64,000 nt of DNA from Fimbriosthenelais zetlandica (taxonomy: Eukaryota). Below the pieces are notes generated by a model. The model ran no database searches and had not been told where the DNA came from. It was given only the letters and a program-made list of their open reading frames with translations. The position numbers were made by a program, and so were the translations under genes. Where the stretch lies: positions 44,268,001 to 44,332,000 of the forward strand of contig OZ365110.1 of NCBI GenBank assembly GCA_977030845.1. Direction: 5' to 3'. Shown piece by piece: positions 41,801 through 53,558 of this stretch. The stretch's first letter is position 1. Every line of letters starts with the position of its first letter.

Positions 41801-44800
41801 CCTGCCAATCATTTAGAGAGAAAAAATCTCAGCAGCATAAATCGATTGGCAAGGGGCATGTATGAGGAGTCTGGAAAGCTAATCAAGTATGGGGAAAATA
41901 ATAAATCGACAGTACAAAATTGAGACTAAATTCCGATGGCTTCAGTGTAAGATATATTTTAAGTCCACCGAGACCAGAGGAGGGGAAAATATAGGCATAT
42001 TACATCAACGTCTCATACAAAGATGTAAGGGTGTGAGAGAAATATATGTGAATTGAATGCGTATGGCCAGTGCTAATTCCCTGATTTAAAATGATTCTTA
42101 TGCACCTGCCTGAAAAATCCAATTTACATACTACTCACTGGATTACCATCTTTATCCCACAAGCAAGACAACAAATACTGCTGATTAAAAAAAATAGCAC
42201 TTAAAGGCCCGGTTTCTACATATTCAAAATACTCAAAAAGAGCTTTAAAAGCCAAGCAGTTAAAAAAGATTATAGTATCAAGAATGATTCGGTACTTAAA
42301 AAAGATTGCATCCTTAATTTAATCTACAATACGAAATCAATCTTCTATTCCACACAATCAACAGCACCCACATATATAGTCTCTCCCCTCCTCCCCCCCC
42401 CCCCCCCCTCCACTTCCCATTCTTCCTCCTATATATTCACTTTTTGCCATAGGGAGGCTAACCCCAGGCGTACATTGAACACAGAACATAGCTCCCATGT
42501 GGGACCTTCAGCTGGTTTTACTATGGGTTAGAGTCAAAGGGGCCAAGTGAGCAAATACGTCTTTCTATACGAACCTTAAGCCCTCAGCAGCCACCCCTAT
42601 TTATAATGCAAGCTCTCTTTAAAATAAAAGAATTAGCCTTTTATGATCCGAACAGAGGAGCAACGACGATGAAGAATACTTTTTCCAGCATGCGTAATTT
42701 AAAGGGGGGGATGACCTGGCTGGGAACTGGTCAGTGTAATATTGATTAACCGATGATGGCAGGACCTTATCCAGGCTCCCTCCATTGCTGACCTATGTCG
42801 ATGACTAAATATTGCGTAACCATTGCGTAGGCTAATATACTCTGTCACTAAGCAGACACATAGACATGGACTGTGGCAGACAACTGCCTCCCTCAGCTGC
42901 TCCTTTAACTTACTTGCTCCCCTTTTTTCAGACCGATTTACAGCCAGTCCCGCCAGACGCCCATTTTTCTTGTTTAAGGCTCATTTAAGGGCAAGTCAAG
43001 CCAGCCATGCAGTCAGCCAGAAGCGGGATTGCATGGGATGCTGCTCTGCCTTTTGGGACCTCCTACTCCTCCCTCCCTCCCTCCACAGTGACCCTGGAGC
43101 TCCATATAGTAAGCTGCATGGTCTGCCTACCAACAAGCATGAACCTATAGAAGCAAGACATCCTTCTCCCTACCTTCTCTATTCACGGAGATCCTGACTT
43201 CGTGATGAATGGGAAAGACCGCTTTTGTTATGCGTTACAGTCCTGGCTTGCAAAGTGTATACAGTTATATGACAGTTCCTCCAGTAGTACAGAATGGTAT
43301 ACATACATTCACAGAGTATGACTAGTGGTGTATGGAACTTGGGAGAGTGCCTCCACCTCTTCTCCCTCCTCCTCCTACTCCTCCTCAGTTGGGAGTGGGT
43401 AGCAGAGATCGATCTTGAGTTGTTGCAAACGGACCACAATCTATATTTAGAATTAAAGTGGCAATGTGAGTTGCTCCTTAGTTAAAGCATACGTCCTGAA
43501 GCACCCACTAATGGCAATACTCTCTTAGTATAGCTCTTTTCTCTGCCATCTTTCAAGGAAGAGCACGAGTTGCTTGTGACGGAGAGAGAGGCCTATGGAT
43601 GGGCTGACTGACTGTTTGGTGCCGCGTGTTGACACAATATTCCATGCCATTCATGCTCGTGATCAGCACGCCAAGGTACATGGAGTAATACTGCAGGCTC
43701 CTCTCTCTCTCTCTCTCTCCCCTCTCCCTCCACACACACAGCACAAAGTGCGCTCGTTTGGATCCAAACATGGATCCTACCAAGGGCTTATCATCAGAGG
43801 GGGGTATGGGGGGTGGGTGGGGGAGGCAGTAGGGGTGGGAGGGTTGTGTCTCAGTCAGTGAATGCTGGTAAGGCAGCAGACAGGGGAGGGAGCAGTTTAT
43901 AGGAGGCATGAGGTGGGACCTTAGAAACTGGATGTCTGGATTGCCACCACTTGGTTGGAAGGACACGGATGGAAAAGTAAAGGGATGGATGGAAGAAAAT
44001 AATGGAGCTTGTTGAAAGGATCAGTGGGTGCATTCAGGGGATCCACATAATTATAGGCCTACAACCTGGGCTTCCTTGAAATTGATGGGAGCTCTCCCCG
44101 AGCCTCCAATTCTGGTTTTTTCTTTCAATTCAATGAACAAGTTTTTTAAAAGCAAAACCTGAGGTTTCTGCCACCACAAGTGAAAACATCTCCCACAGGA
44201 TGTCTTTTGGATCCCAGCCTCTGATCAGGAAAGTCAAACAGAGAGGTAAAAGCAATGCTGGTGATTGGCATTCTTAACCTCATATCTCCATTTGTGGTCC
44301 ATTAGGGCAGCTGCATTAGGGTCTATGCAAAGCTCATCGGAAGGACCTGTGTGACTCTTCACAACAGATAATGTCCGTGCCACTAGTGGCACTACCAGTT
44401 AATATGAATCTTGTGTGATTTGGTTCTCAAGTCTGTTGGTTGGGGATGGGTATAAAAGAGAATCTACATGGTTGTATAGCGTATGTACAGTGTTAGATTA
44501 ATGCAATGGATGAATTGTAGATTGATGTCCATTCAGCAATATTTCAGCTAGCTCAAGACTAGTAAGAAACACGCTGTCGGCACACCTGCTCCTTTCGAAT
44601 GGTTTTTAAAATGTACGTTTCATCAATTACTGGGAGACATGGCAGGCCATTAGTATTCATTATTAAGGTAAGGTCTTATAAGAAACTATTAAATACCAAC
44701 TATTAATGTGAAGTCCTACTATGTATTAAATCTTCGAAACCGTGAACTATAGCTGTATTGTATCATCGGATTTTGAGTATGTGCAGACCTATAGAGTAGA

Positions 44801-45871
44801 TGGAATAAGGATGGGTGTGGGGGACTGGTGTATGTATGGTGTCTGTGGTGGGCGGTGAAGGCAGTCCAATTGGCTTGCAAAGATGCTGCAAAGATGCGGC
44901 CAGAGGGAAGAAGGAACTGATAAATGCACCTCGTCACGCTTTTTAATTTGGTGCTCTAGTCGCCAGAAGCGCCTGAGCACTTCCTCAGCAACAGATAAAC
45001 AGGCTGATCAGTGCTTGCTTCATTAATTAAATAGTCAAAGCACCAGGCGCTACGCCGCATTGTTTGGATAAGTCCCAAGGGCTGGATCAAGTACAATCAT
45101 GGAAAGCCAAATGTATCCATCACTCTCTACTTATATTGTATAATGAGGAACTCGGCTGATTAATAGAACCAGGTATGACAGTGTTGGAGTGTGGTGAAGT
45201 GACTTCCTTTTTAACCCCACAAATGGCTATTCACTAACGACACTTTGTAAATTAAAAACACGCATGGAATGTGATCAACACTGTCATAGACCCTGGTTCA
45301 AGGGCTGCAGCGTCACATTCATTTAAAGGGAAAAAATGTCAACAATCCTGATAATGACCAATTATCAGTCTGACCGAGGCATATCCCAAGATTAATTAAG
45401 AAGGGAACTGCCCATGAGAATTCCATTCCAAAGCAGACAATCCAAGGCCTAATGATCCCTATTAGAAACCTGAGACTCCTCTCGCACTTCCATCTCAGAT
45501 TTGACAAGCAAAACAAGAAGCGGTCTAATTTGGAGTTAATTAATACGAAAGGTCACCAGGTGACAAAAGGTCAAATATTTAAAGCCCTTGCACGTAAAGG
45601 GTTTCACGGTGGTAATGTAACCCAAAAAATATCACCTCCTCCAATCACCTTATATTTCGTATATAATATTATTAATTATATATATTTTTATGTAAATGAA
45701 ACCTTCGTATATCCATTCAACCTTGAATTACATTAAAATAATCTCAAAGGACCCCTGAAGAAAGAACTGGTTACAAATCCCGAGCCAAAATGCACTGAAA
45801 AAAAATATCAACACAACCTGAAAAGTGATTGAATCTCCAGACATACCTGTAGGTCTATGCACATCCAAAGA

Positions 45872-46015
45872 TTACCTCCAGAAAAAGTCCAGATCATTTT
45901 CCTCGCTCGTAAATCTGAATTCTCCTCGTTTCTGCTTGCTGAGATAGCCATTATGGAAGGCCAGGGCTGTCATTGGCTTTTTTACGACAACCTTCTGGAA
46001 TCCAACCCAACCATC
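45872..46015 (-). CDS. MTFMT: MTFMT terminal exon
   Basis: [25 protein letters not shown]...FWR*. Confidence 0.9.
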   Translation of the reverse strand, partial: DGWVGFQKVVVKKPMTALAFHNGYLSKQKRGEFRFTSEENDLDFFWR

Positions 46016-49000
46016 CTGAAAAAGCGAGTTGCTGCTCAATCTAAGACGAATACCAGTTGAAAATTGGGAATAAAGTGCAGTCTTGGCATCGGGGTAAATG
46101 TATGTGGAAAGGTTTACTTACTTTACATCTCACAAAGACAAGTTCCAGCTTCTTATGGTAGAGGGCAGTTCCGGGTGTGGCAAGATCAGGCAGCACTGGT
46201 AGGACTGTCGATTTATACACCTCTAAATGACGGAAAGGGATAATTGCTTATATAATCCGGTATTTCATGCCATTCAAATTAATAATTGGCCAGAATATAA
46301 TATATACATTTGGAAAAAAATCTTCCGACGAATTTTTTTTTCTAAATTAGAACTAACCTTTCGATAAAATATTCAAATCCATTAGTTTGATGACTTTGTC
46401 ACCGAGCCTTGTTCGAAGAGGATACTGAAAAAAATCCCATCCAAAACATTACATTACCCGACACAATTATACCGGCACAATCTTGTGTTTTTAAAATAAT
46501 AGGACGACATTTGAATTGTTATCCAATATTTATCTTCATCAGGAAATGAGATGAGAACAAACGGTCTTCCCTTTGGCAAGAAAAAAATATCAGAAAATTT
46601 GCAAAAGTTAGGAGAACTAAATTATGCTAAATACACAATATACAGAATGGAAACGTTTGGAATTTGTATTCGGACCTGCTATAATATTATGAGATGGAAT
46701 AAAGTGGAGATACTTACAATGTCAGATATACCTCTATAATGACGATCTATATGAACCATACATTGCTTCTCCCAGCTGATGAAAGAATGTTTGCACTGCA
46801 CTTTATGCGCTGAAAAATACATTGATTGAGTTTAGAAAACGAAAAATACACAGCGCTTCTGAGAGTCTTGTGTCTTAGAATCAGTCCCCGAAATATTACC
46901 TCCAAACTCCAAATATTAGTATAAAATGTTGAGGATGACCGGGCCCTTTTGAGCCTTTCATTGTGTCTCTCATTCATATTTATAAACTATCTCACAGGAT
47001 TGCGCTCGATGTTGCCGAAAGATAAACATTTAAAAACATATTTTTACCTCTTTGATAAATTTAATTTTACCCCCAAAGGAAGTAGCAAAGTCAACACAGC
47101 TTTAATAAGAAGTAGTAAAAACTAACCATAAGGAGTGGTAGTTTTATTCGGCTGTGTGTGAAGAGGTTTTGAGTTCATCCCTCGCAGGCAATCCAAGAGC
47201 TGTTTTAATTAACGAAGGAACTTGTTACATTAAGCAGTGTTTACAAGGGCCAATAACTCAATAAGAAACCTAATTTCATCTTCCAAACAAACAAAGCCGC
47301 CTTGAAGCACAAACATTTTGAGAAGGGGGTGTGGAGCGAGGCATTCATGAAAAGGATGGGAAACGGGAGGAGATCCTCTTTTCAGAGAACCAAGGACGGG
47401 AAGTGTGGCAAGACTAAAGTTTTACATTCGTGGACAAGTACAAGCGGGAAAAGCAATATGATTAAATTTACGAATTGTTAGTGCCATTTTTAATTGAAGT
47501 GGCTCATATAATTCAATTAATTATATCTATCTCCGAAGGATTTCCATTTAAAGGAAAAAAACAACGAATTTTAATTGATAGTTAACGAGTTTATCGGTGT
47601 GTAAGCCGCGAATTTTTGTAAAATTTGGGGACTGTGGTTAAAACAACGAAGCGAATTTTGTACGAACATCTATACAAAGCAGCGGTTTATCTATCGATTT
47701 TAACCTGAGCGGTTTATAGTCAGGGGCAGCTTATACCCCGGCAAATACGGTAATTCATAGGACCAAATACGTCAGACAACTGTCCTCAAAGAACCTCAAG
47801 GAGATATATCTACCGTACTTGCCGGAATATAATCCGCGACTTTTTCCAAAAGATCACGGCCTGAGGTTAAAACAACGACACAATTTTTATATGGATTTAT
47901 GTACAAAGTAGAAGTTTATATATATATAGATATTAACCTGAGCGGTCAGGGGATACGGTTTATACTCTGCCAAATACATACCATAGAACTCCCTCTCTGG
48001 GCTAAGTATCGCATTAGCTGAATAGATGTAAACCCCTCAGGTACAGAAACCTCTTCCTGTGCTAATAATGGTCCCATGTCAAACCTGAAAAAAAAATCAA
48101 ATTATTTTAAATGAAAAACGTTAACACCTTACAACAAAAAGAGATAATTCCTTAAATTTGCCCCAAAAAAATCCTTTCTTGCACTAAAATAGTTTGGGGA
48201 TCCAATAATTATTTTAAAATAAAAATAATATTAAAGGAAATTAACCTACATACTTTTTAGGTTGTATAGACATAACTGATATTCCTGTAGTTGTCTCTCC
48301 ATTGAGTATTGTGTGAATAATAGGAGAGGCTCCTCGCCATGCAGGAAGGAGACTGGGATGAACGTTCAACATTCCTCTAAAACCATTAAACAGAGAATCA
48401 ATTATGTTACAGATCTAGAAACTAAGTATTAAAACCATTAAACAGAGAAACAATTATGTTACACATCTTAAGAAAACGAATTATTACCGGAAATATATTA
48501 ACTGATTTTGCCCATCAGCTGATCTGAGGAAGTGTTAACTAAAAGGTTTGGCGCACATAGGATAAAGCTAGATGTATTTTTAATTTTCATAAATTTGAAT
48601 CGGATACTTACTTAGGGAATTTCTCAATTATTTTCTTTGGAATGAGATGACCAAATGATGTAACCACACCAACATCATACTGGCCATCTATGTCGGTGAC
48701 AGGCCATCGCTTAACGGTGAGGTTATTTTTGCTAGCATAACGTAAAACATCACACTGAAAGAAATCAAAACAAATAACAAATTATTTGATCATACACAGC
48801 ACAGTATATTCTAGGAAGATTATTTGAAGACTTCAGGTTTAAAGAGACAGGAAACTATAAAGTGAGAGGTTGGGTGCAAGAACATAGAAACCATAATTTG
48901 ATTTTATCATTATCATGTCTACAGAGTAGTACATACATGGCTGCACCGGGTGCACCCACCCCTTCAATTAGAAGTTTTTCATTTTTATTAGTAGGCCTAA

Positions 49001-49545
49001 GGTTAAACAAGACTACAAGTCAGATTAATTTGTCATCGACTGCCTTCGACACTTACATTTTCAGTGCATACTGTAACATCAAGTCGATCAATTAGGGGGT
49101 TCACTGCATTTTTTAATCTGGAAATAAATTTGTTATATAACTTATAAGCCTACATGGATCCAGGTATTGGTAATTGAAAATAGAAATTCTGAATATACTG
49201 AGTGAGAGTCTGAGAGGTGCTTTTTCTATGGGGGTTATTGTCTCTCGAATAAGGAACAAAATGAATTCTGTGACATATTCCTAGGTGAACAATTCAGTAA
49301 TTAGAATAGGCCTAAATAATATTCTTCCTTAGACCTTACTGTTCATTATGCAAAGCTGTAAGATGGTGCCTGGCAAATTCATCTGTCCCTAGGAAAAGTA
49401 CGCGCCATGGTGGACCCTTCGTGTGACTACAAATAGATGAATGTTCCCTTCGTGCTGACTTGGTCAAGCTTAGGTTTAGCCTTTGGATTTTCCTAATCTT
49501 GTTGATAATGTTCTGCTGGCCCCAGTGCATGTGTAAATTCCTCAT
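45872..49545 (-). CDS. MTFMT: Mitochondrial methionyl-tRNA formyltransferase, about 370 aa; exons 49545-49340, 49117-49057, 48754-48612, 48376-48254, 48084-47982, 47199-47127, 46809-46718, 46424-46358, 46222-46122, 46015-45872
   Basis: [67 protein letters not shown]...AFHNGYL all match human MTFMT in order. All nine junctions are GT-AG with matching phases; 1113 nt including the stop. Start codon uncertain (the frame is open back to the acceptor at 49665). Confidence 0.95.
46122..46222 (-). CDS. MTFMT: MTFMT exon 9
   Basis: [25 protein letters not shown]; donor GTAAGT. Confidence 0.9.
46358..46424 (-). CDS. MTFMT: MTFMT exon 8
   Basis: [17 protein letters not shown]; donor GTTAGT. Confidence 0.85.
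46718..46809 (-). CDS. MTFMT: MTFMT exon 7
   Basis: [16 protein letters not shown]...YRGISDI; donor GTAAGT. Confidence 0.85.
47127..47199 (-). CDS. MTFMT: MTFMT exon 6
   Basis: [24 protein letters not shown]; phases 0 to 1. Confidence 0.8.
47585..47980. mobile_element. Two tandem, diverged roughly 165-bp Tc1/mariner (Tc2/pogo-like) MITEs in MTFMT intron 5
   Basis: Copies at about 47585-47750 and 47813-47978 share ggttaaaacaacga...ttaacctgagcggt..caggg...tata....g(c)caaatac. Ends read ta-ccgta(c/t)ttgccgg..tataa, a Tc2-type TIR with TA flanks. Confidence 0.6.
47982..48084 (-). CDS. MTFMT: MTFMT exon 5
   Basis: [17 protein letters not shown]...RGSSM; donor GTATGT. Confidence 0.9.
48254..48376 (-). 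CDS. MTFMT: MTFMT exon 4 (catalytic NVHPSLLP motif)
   Basis: [40 protein letters not shown]. Confidence 0.95.
48612..48754 (-). CDS. MTFMT: MTFMT exon 3
   Basis: [31 protein letters not shown]. Confidence 0.95.
49057..49117 (-). CDS. MTFMT: MTFMT exon 2
   Basis: [20 protein letters not shown]; phases 2 to 0. Confidence 0.85.
49340..49545 (-). CDS. MTFMT: MTFMT first coding exon (basic presequence-like N-terminus)
   Basis: MRNLHMHW...[18 protein letters not shown]...[22 protein letters not shown]; donor GTAAGG. Confidence 0.85.
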
Positions 49546-49735
49546 TGTACAAGTTATCCAGTACCGGTAGCGGGGTCTAACTCCAAGGGCAAGGGGCCGG
49601 GCAAGTGCCACACTGTGACTGAATCTTAAGCTAGGGCTTGTAGTTGACACTGGCAGATGACGTCCTGTTAAAGAAAAACACAACCATTTAACTCAGCTAA
49701 ACTAATCTTAGTCACAATTTCAGGTCTATCGCAGC

Positions 49736-50603
49736 CATGGGCGTCAACGGCCAGGTGGCAGCACATGAACTTCCTGAAGTATAATATATATCAGGGTGTG
49801 AAACTCCGAATCCAATATGGATGCCTTCAGGAAAGTATTGCAGTAAATGCTCTGCAGCAATGAACTAATAGATGATAGAGGACGTTTTAAGTGTTGATTA
49901 TTTGAGAAAGTTCCACATATAAATTATCATTAAATTCACGTACTTCTATGTATTTTTTAGTGTTTCAAAAGAGAAAATAAATTTGGTCTAATTCGTGTTC
50001 AAACCTGGAGATCCCTTCTCGACACTTGCTTGTGGCTCTGTTGTGATTGGTGGTTATAATTATTCCCGCATGTCAACAAAAGGGCTTTCCCTCACTATAT
50101 TCCCGAAATAGCAAATGCCATTGTATACAGCATTGTAGATAATCCAAACAGTGTATGTATGAAGATATATCAGTATTAAAAATTATCTAACCTTTATCCA
50201 CAAAGTTACCTACACCTAAGAAAGGTAAGGCAAGACTGGTGATTAACTGGGTCATGCACTGGTCAATCTTTGAGGTGAGACAAGTGCTTTCTTCTGATTG
50301 GTTCGCATTGTGGGGTCAGGACAGTGCGCACCGTCGATAGAGGCCTAGATTCTTTTTATCAATGAAAACTTATTTATTCACTTTTATTAGCTCATACCCC
50401 GACGACAGACATTTGTAAGATTAAGTTTTGCATCCTCTGCAGCTTTTATTTTTAACAATCATCAATCTTCTTTCATGTAAATTCACGATCTTTGCCGATG
50501 ACCCCTGAGGGACAGTGCGCACCGTCGCAGGAGTTTCATACCCTTATATATATATCTATACTTCCACACTTCGGGTGCTGCCATCTGGTAGTTGACGCCC
50601 GTG
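49736..50603. mobile_element. 868-bp non-autonomous DNA transposon (P or hAT superfamily), 29-bp TIRs, 8-bp TSD ATCGCAGC
   Basis: Left TIR catgggcgtcaacggccaggtggcagcac (49736-49764) matches the reverse complement of 50575-50603 at 25/29 positions. Exact ATCGCAGC at 49728-49735 and 50604-50611. No long internal ORF. Confidence 0.88.
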
Positions 50604-50779
50604 ATCGCAGCGACATACGGTCCAGCAGTTCCTGTCCCTGGCCACGCGATTTTGAGGGGCACTGCCCCGTGCGCGCCGTGATCGATAATAGGGGACATTA
50701 GTTTTTACGAGAGTGAAACACACCATTAAACTCCAGGTTACATCACCTCATCCATAATCATATCATAAATACACAACTT

Positions 50780-50970
50780 ACAGTTTTGTGATCATCGCTT
50801 CATTCAATGAATGTGTAATTCGCAAAGTTTCCAAATCACCATTATGATTGTTTACATCGGGCGACGGAAGTCGGCATACGTAACGCCACCACCGGGAAAA
50901 AGAGAAACTAACAGAAAATGGTGAGAGTTCTAGCATGCTACCCGTTACAATGAGTCAAGATGGCTGCCGC
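50780..50970 (-). promoter_or_regulatory. Probable MTFMT promoter / non-coding first exon region
   Basis: CpG-rich patch with ETS-like CGGAAGT (50865-50871) and YY1-like CAAGATGGCTGCC (50956-50968); minus-strand donor GTAAGT at 50781. Confidence 0.45.
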
Positions 50971-51151
50971 GAAGTGTCGGCGTTAACCACTTGGGGGACT
51001 CACTGTAGCCTACATCTAGAAACTGATTTTCGTTGGCGATATAATTGATGGGAGTTGGTTCTGAGGCGTGAAATTGGCCCGTACTCTCGTATCCTGGCAT
51101 AAAATTAATGAATCCAGCCATAGTACCCGCCGCCACCCACATATAATTTAC

Positions 51152-51195
51152 CTTTTACCATAGAACTGTTCTCCCAGAAAGTTCTATGCTTTTAA
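51152..51195. mobile_element. 30-bp palindromic mini-element or footprint, CATAGAACT-gttctcccagaa-AGTTCTATG (51159-51188), with 7-bp TSD CTTTTAC/CTTTTAA
   Basis: Perfect 9-bp arms; flanking direct repeat 6/7 identical. Confidence 0.75.
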
Positions 51196-53316
51196 CTTTT
51201 GAGTTTCGACAGAACTTTCCCGCCACACGGCGCTACTGTCGCCCCGCAGACATATAAGCTAGATGTCCCTTTTGTAGTGATTTTACACGAGTATGAATAA
51301 AAAAGAATACAATAAAAATAGGTTTATGTTGTGCTTTATTAAATACACTGGCAGATAATAAATTTCCAGCAAATTATTTGCGGCAGGAGTTGCCATTTTA
51401 ATAACAGGGTAACGAGGTGAGGTATAGGCTACAGTGTAATAGTAATAGTATGTGTAAAACATGTCCTATTTCAAGGATTGTAGGAATGTGGTCAGTTATT
51501 ACAAAATGCAACTATTAAAACAACATACTTTTTTGATTCTATGCATTGAAAACTTTCGTACCTGGGTACAGAATGATATTATTAGAAATATTAAACCAGA
51601 TTTCACGGAAATCAAGAACTTTTTCACAAGAGCATGAAACGTACGTAGGCCTACTCAATAACTAAATGTTTCCGACTAAACCTGGGATATATCCTATATT
51701 AAATACTGCAGTCATCCAGATAGGTTTGAGAAGCAACTACACCTGAATACATTCTACCATGTTCTATATGCGCTATAGTAAACGTTAGAAGTGTCAATAT
51801 TTTTTGTTATCCTGGCCAGCCCGTAAACATACCCTGCCTTTGCAAAAATCTAGGTACCTTGAAGAAGGTAAAATTTTCATTCCACTATAAATATAACAAG
51901 CAAAAGCTTTAACAGGGGTGAACATTAGCAGCAAAATTTAGCCCAAACCACCTGTCATATAATAGTATTAAATATATAAAATCACAGTAATAATAACATT
52001 GTACATACTTATATTCCCATCACCACTGTTTATACACAATATGTAATTCTATCACGATCAGTTTTGTACCTAAGTACGGTATTATCACTTGTTATGAGAT
52101 TATTTTTAAGGCCTTGATTTTAAACATCATTTATAACAAAAATTCATAGCGTGTAGTATCATATTGCAATTATTTTGAATGATCAATGAAATAAAAAATC
52201 ACGGGCACAGGATGCGTCTCGTATCCCTGTATGCAGTTTCACAAATCGGGATAAGTAATTTTACTTAAATTGACAAAATGTACTTATTTCTCATTTGTCG
52301 AACAATAAAATTATCATTATCACCCAAGAGATCCCAGGGTAAAATTTATAAATAACATGCCCGACAGTCTACCAAGCTTTTACTAGCACTTAATATCAAA
52401 GGATACAAAATTAGAGGGCAGTAGAAGTACCGGCACAGTCTCAATCAAATCCAGACGCATATACAACACTTTAAACGCCATTATCCATAAATTATCATAT
52501 AATATAAATAAAGATTACAGACCTTCAAATTAATATAAATTAGTTGGTGAGTTTCTAATATGATAATGAGATGAGATTCTTATTACCCTATATTTACCTC
52601 CTAATTCTATACAAGGTCTAGTTGGGGTTTTCTGCAGTGTTGCCAAATATTACACTTCAACCAACTGACATTTACTGTGAAAGCCTCCATTATAAATTAG
52701 ATGTTTAACACTTAAGATATGTCAGAGATGTTGGAGTCTCAAACATGTGCTACAATTCATGCGTGTGCAGTATTATATGTGGCAATACATGTTAGGTCAC
52801 TAAAATACTCATAACCTTGTAATGGCAACTCGTGGACTGCTTACGGCACACTCATTTTATAGCATATTCCTTGAATTTACTTCATCCTGATAACTCATAA
52901 ATATCCCAATTTCAGTGATAAAATTTTACTTATTGATAACTTGCCTTGATATACGACATTGTGTCATCTTTTTTTTTCTGTATAGCGCTCTAAATGAATC
53001 CTATTGGTCAATGAACATAAGCTCTGAAGAAACCCGCCACCTCAATTCAACTAGGATGATCTTCTATGATAATATCCAGCATGGAATTTCTCTGGAGTTT
53101 GTTTCCCCGCCATGACATCATTCAAATCTCACAAGCCACATAATTGAACCAATCTCTACCTGGATTCACCTATTGGACTTACCACCAAGCTCTTCATGTA
53201 CAACCAATTGTAATAATATAAAAGCTTTTTTCTGAAGTGATTTAACTTCCATGCAACATACTTCTATTTGCTGGGCTCACGGAATCTAAAACGGATATAA
53301 CCCACCATTGCTAATT

Positions 53317-53558
53317 TCAATAGGAAGTATCCTTCTTTTCTGCCTCAGGGGATATATCCGTATTGCCCATGAGTTTGGCACCATTGATTCCACGTACGGT
53401 GACTTTGGAGGGTCGGACGAGCAGACCATGGTTGGGCTTACATGTGAAGTATCTCCGTCCCTGGACTGAACCATCGTTCTTCCCTCGTGGTGTACGCAAC
53501 TCTACGCCAAGCCAAACACCCTCAGCAAAATCTACAGTACCCATGAATCTAATCACGC
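53317..53558 (-). CDS. CLIP4: CLIP4-like terminal exon (CAP-Gly 3)
   Basis: [45 protein letters not shown]. Confidence 0.95.

Noticed and set aside
43700-44050. (CT)n plus G-rich tract as G-quadruplex or L1 3' end
   Set aside because: Common low-complexity sequence; similarity to the L1 ORF2 C-terminus is too weak to call.
47982-47990. CATAGAACT matching the footprint arm
   Set aside because: It lies in MTFMT exon 5 (antisense of S-S-M codons) with no partner arm or TSD; coincidence.
50319-50336. REST/NRSE site (GGACAG half-site) regulating SV2
   Set aside because: The left half-site TTCAGCACC is absent, and the motif sits inside a transposon about 29 kb from the SV2 exon.
50483-50698. 71-aa minus-strand ORF MSPIIDHG... 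as an MTFMT first exon or separate gene
   Set aside because: It runs through the transposon TIR, and its donor phase (2) does not fit the MTFMT acceptor (1).
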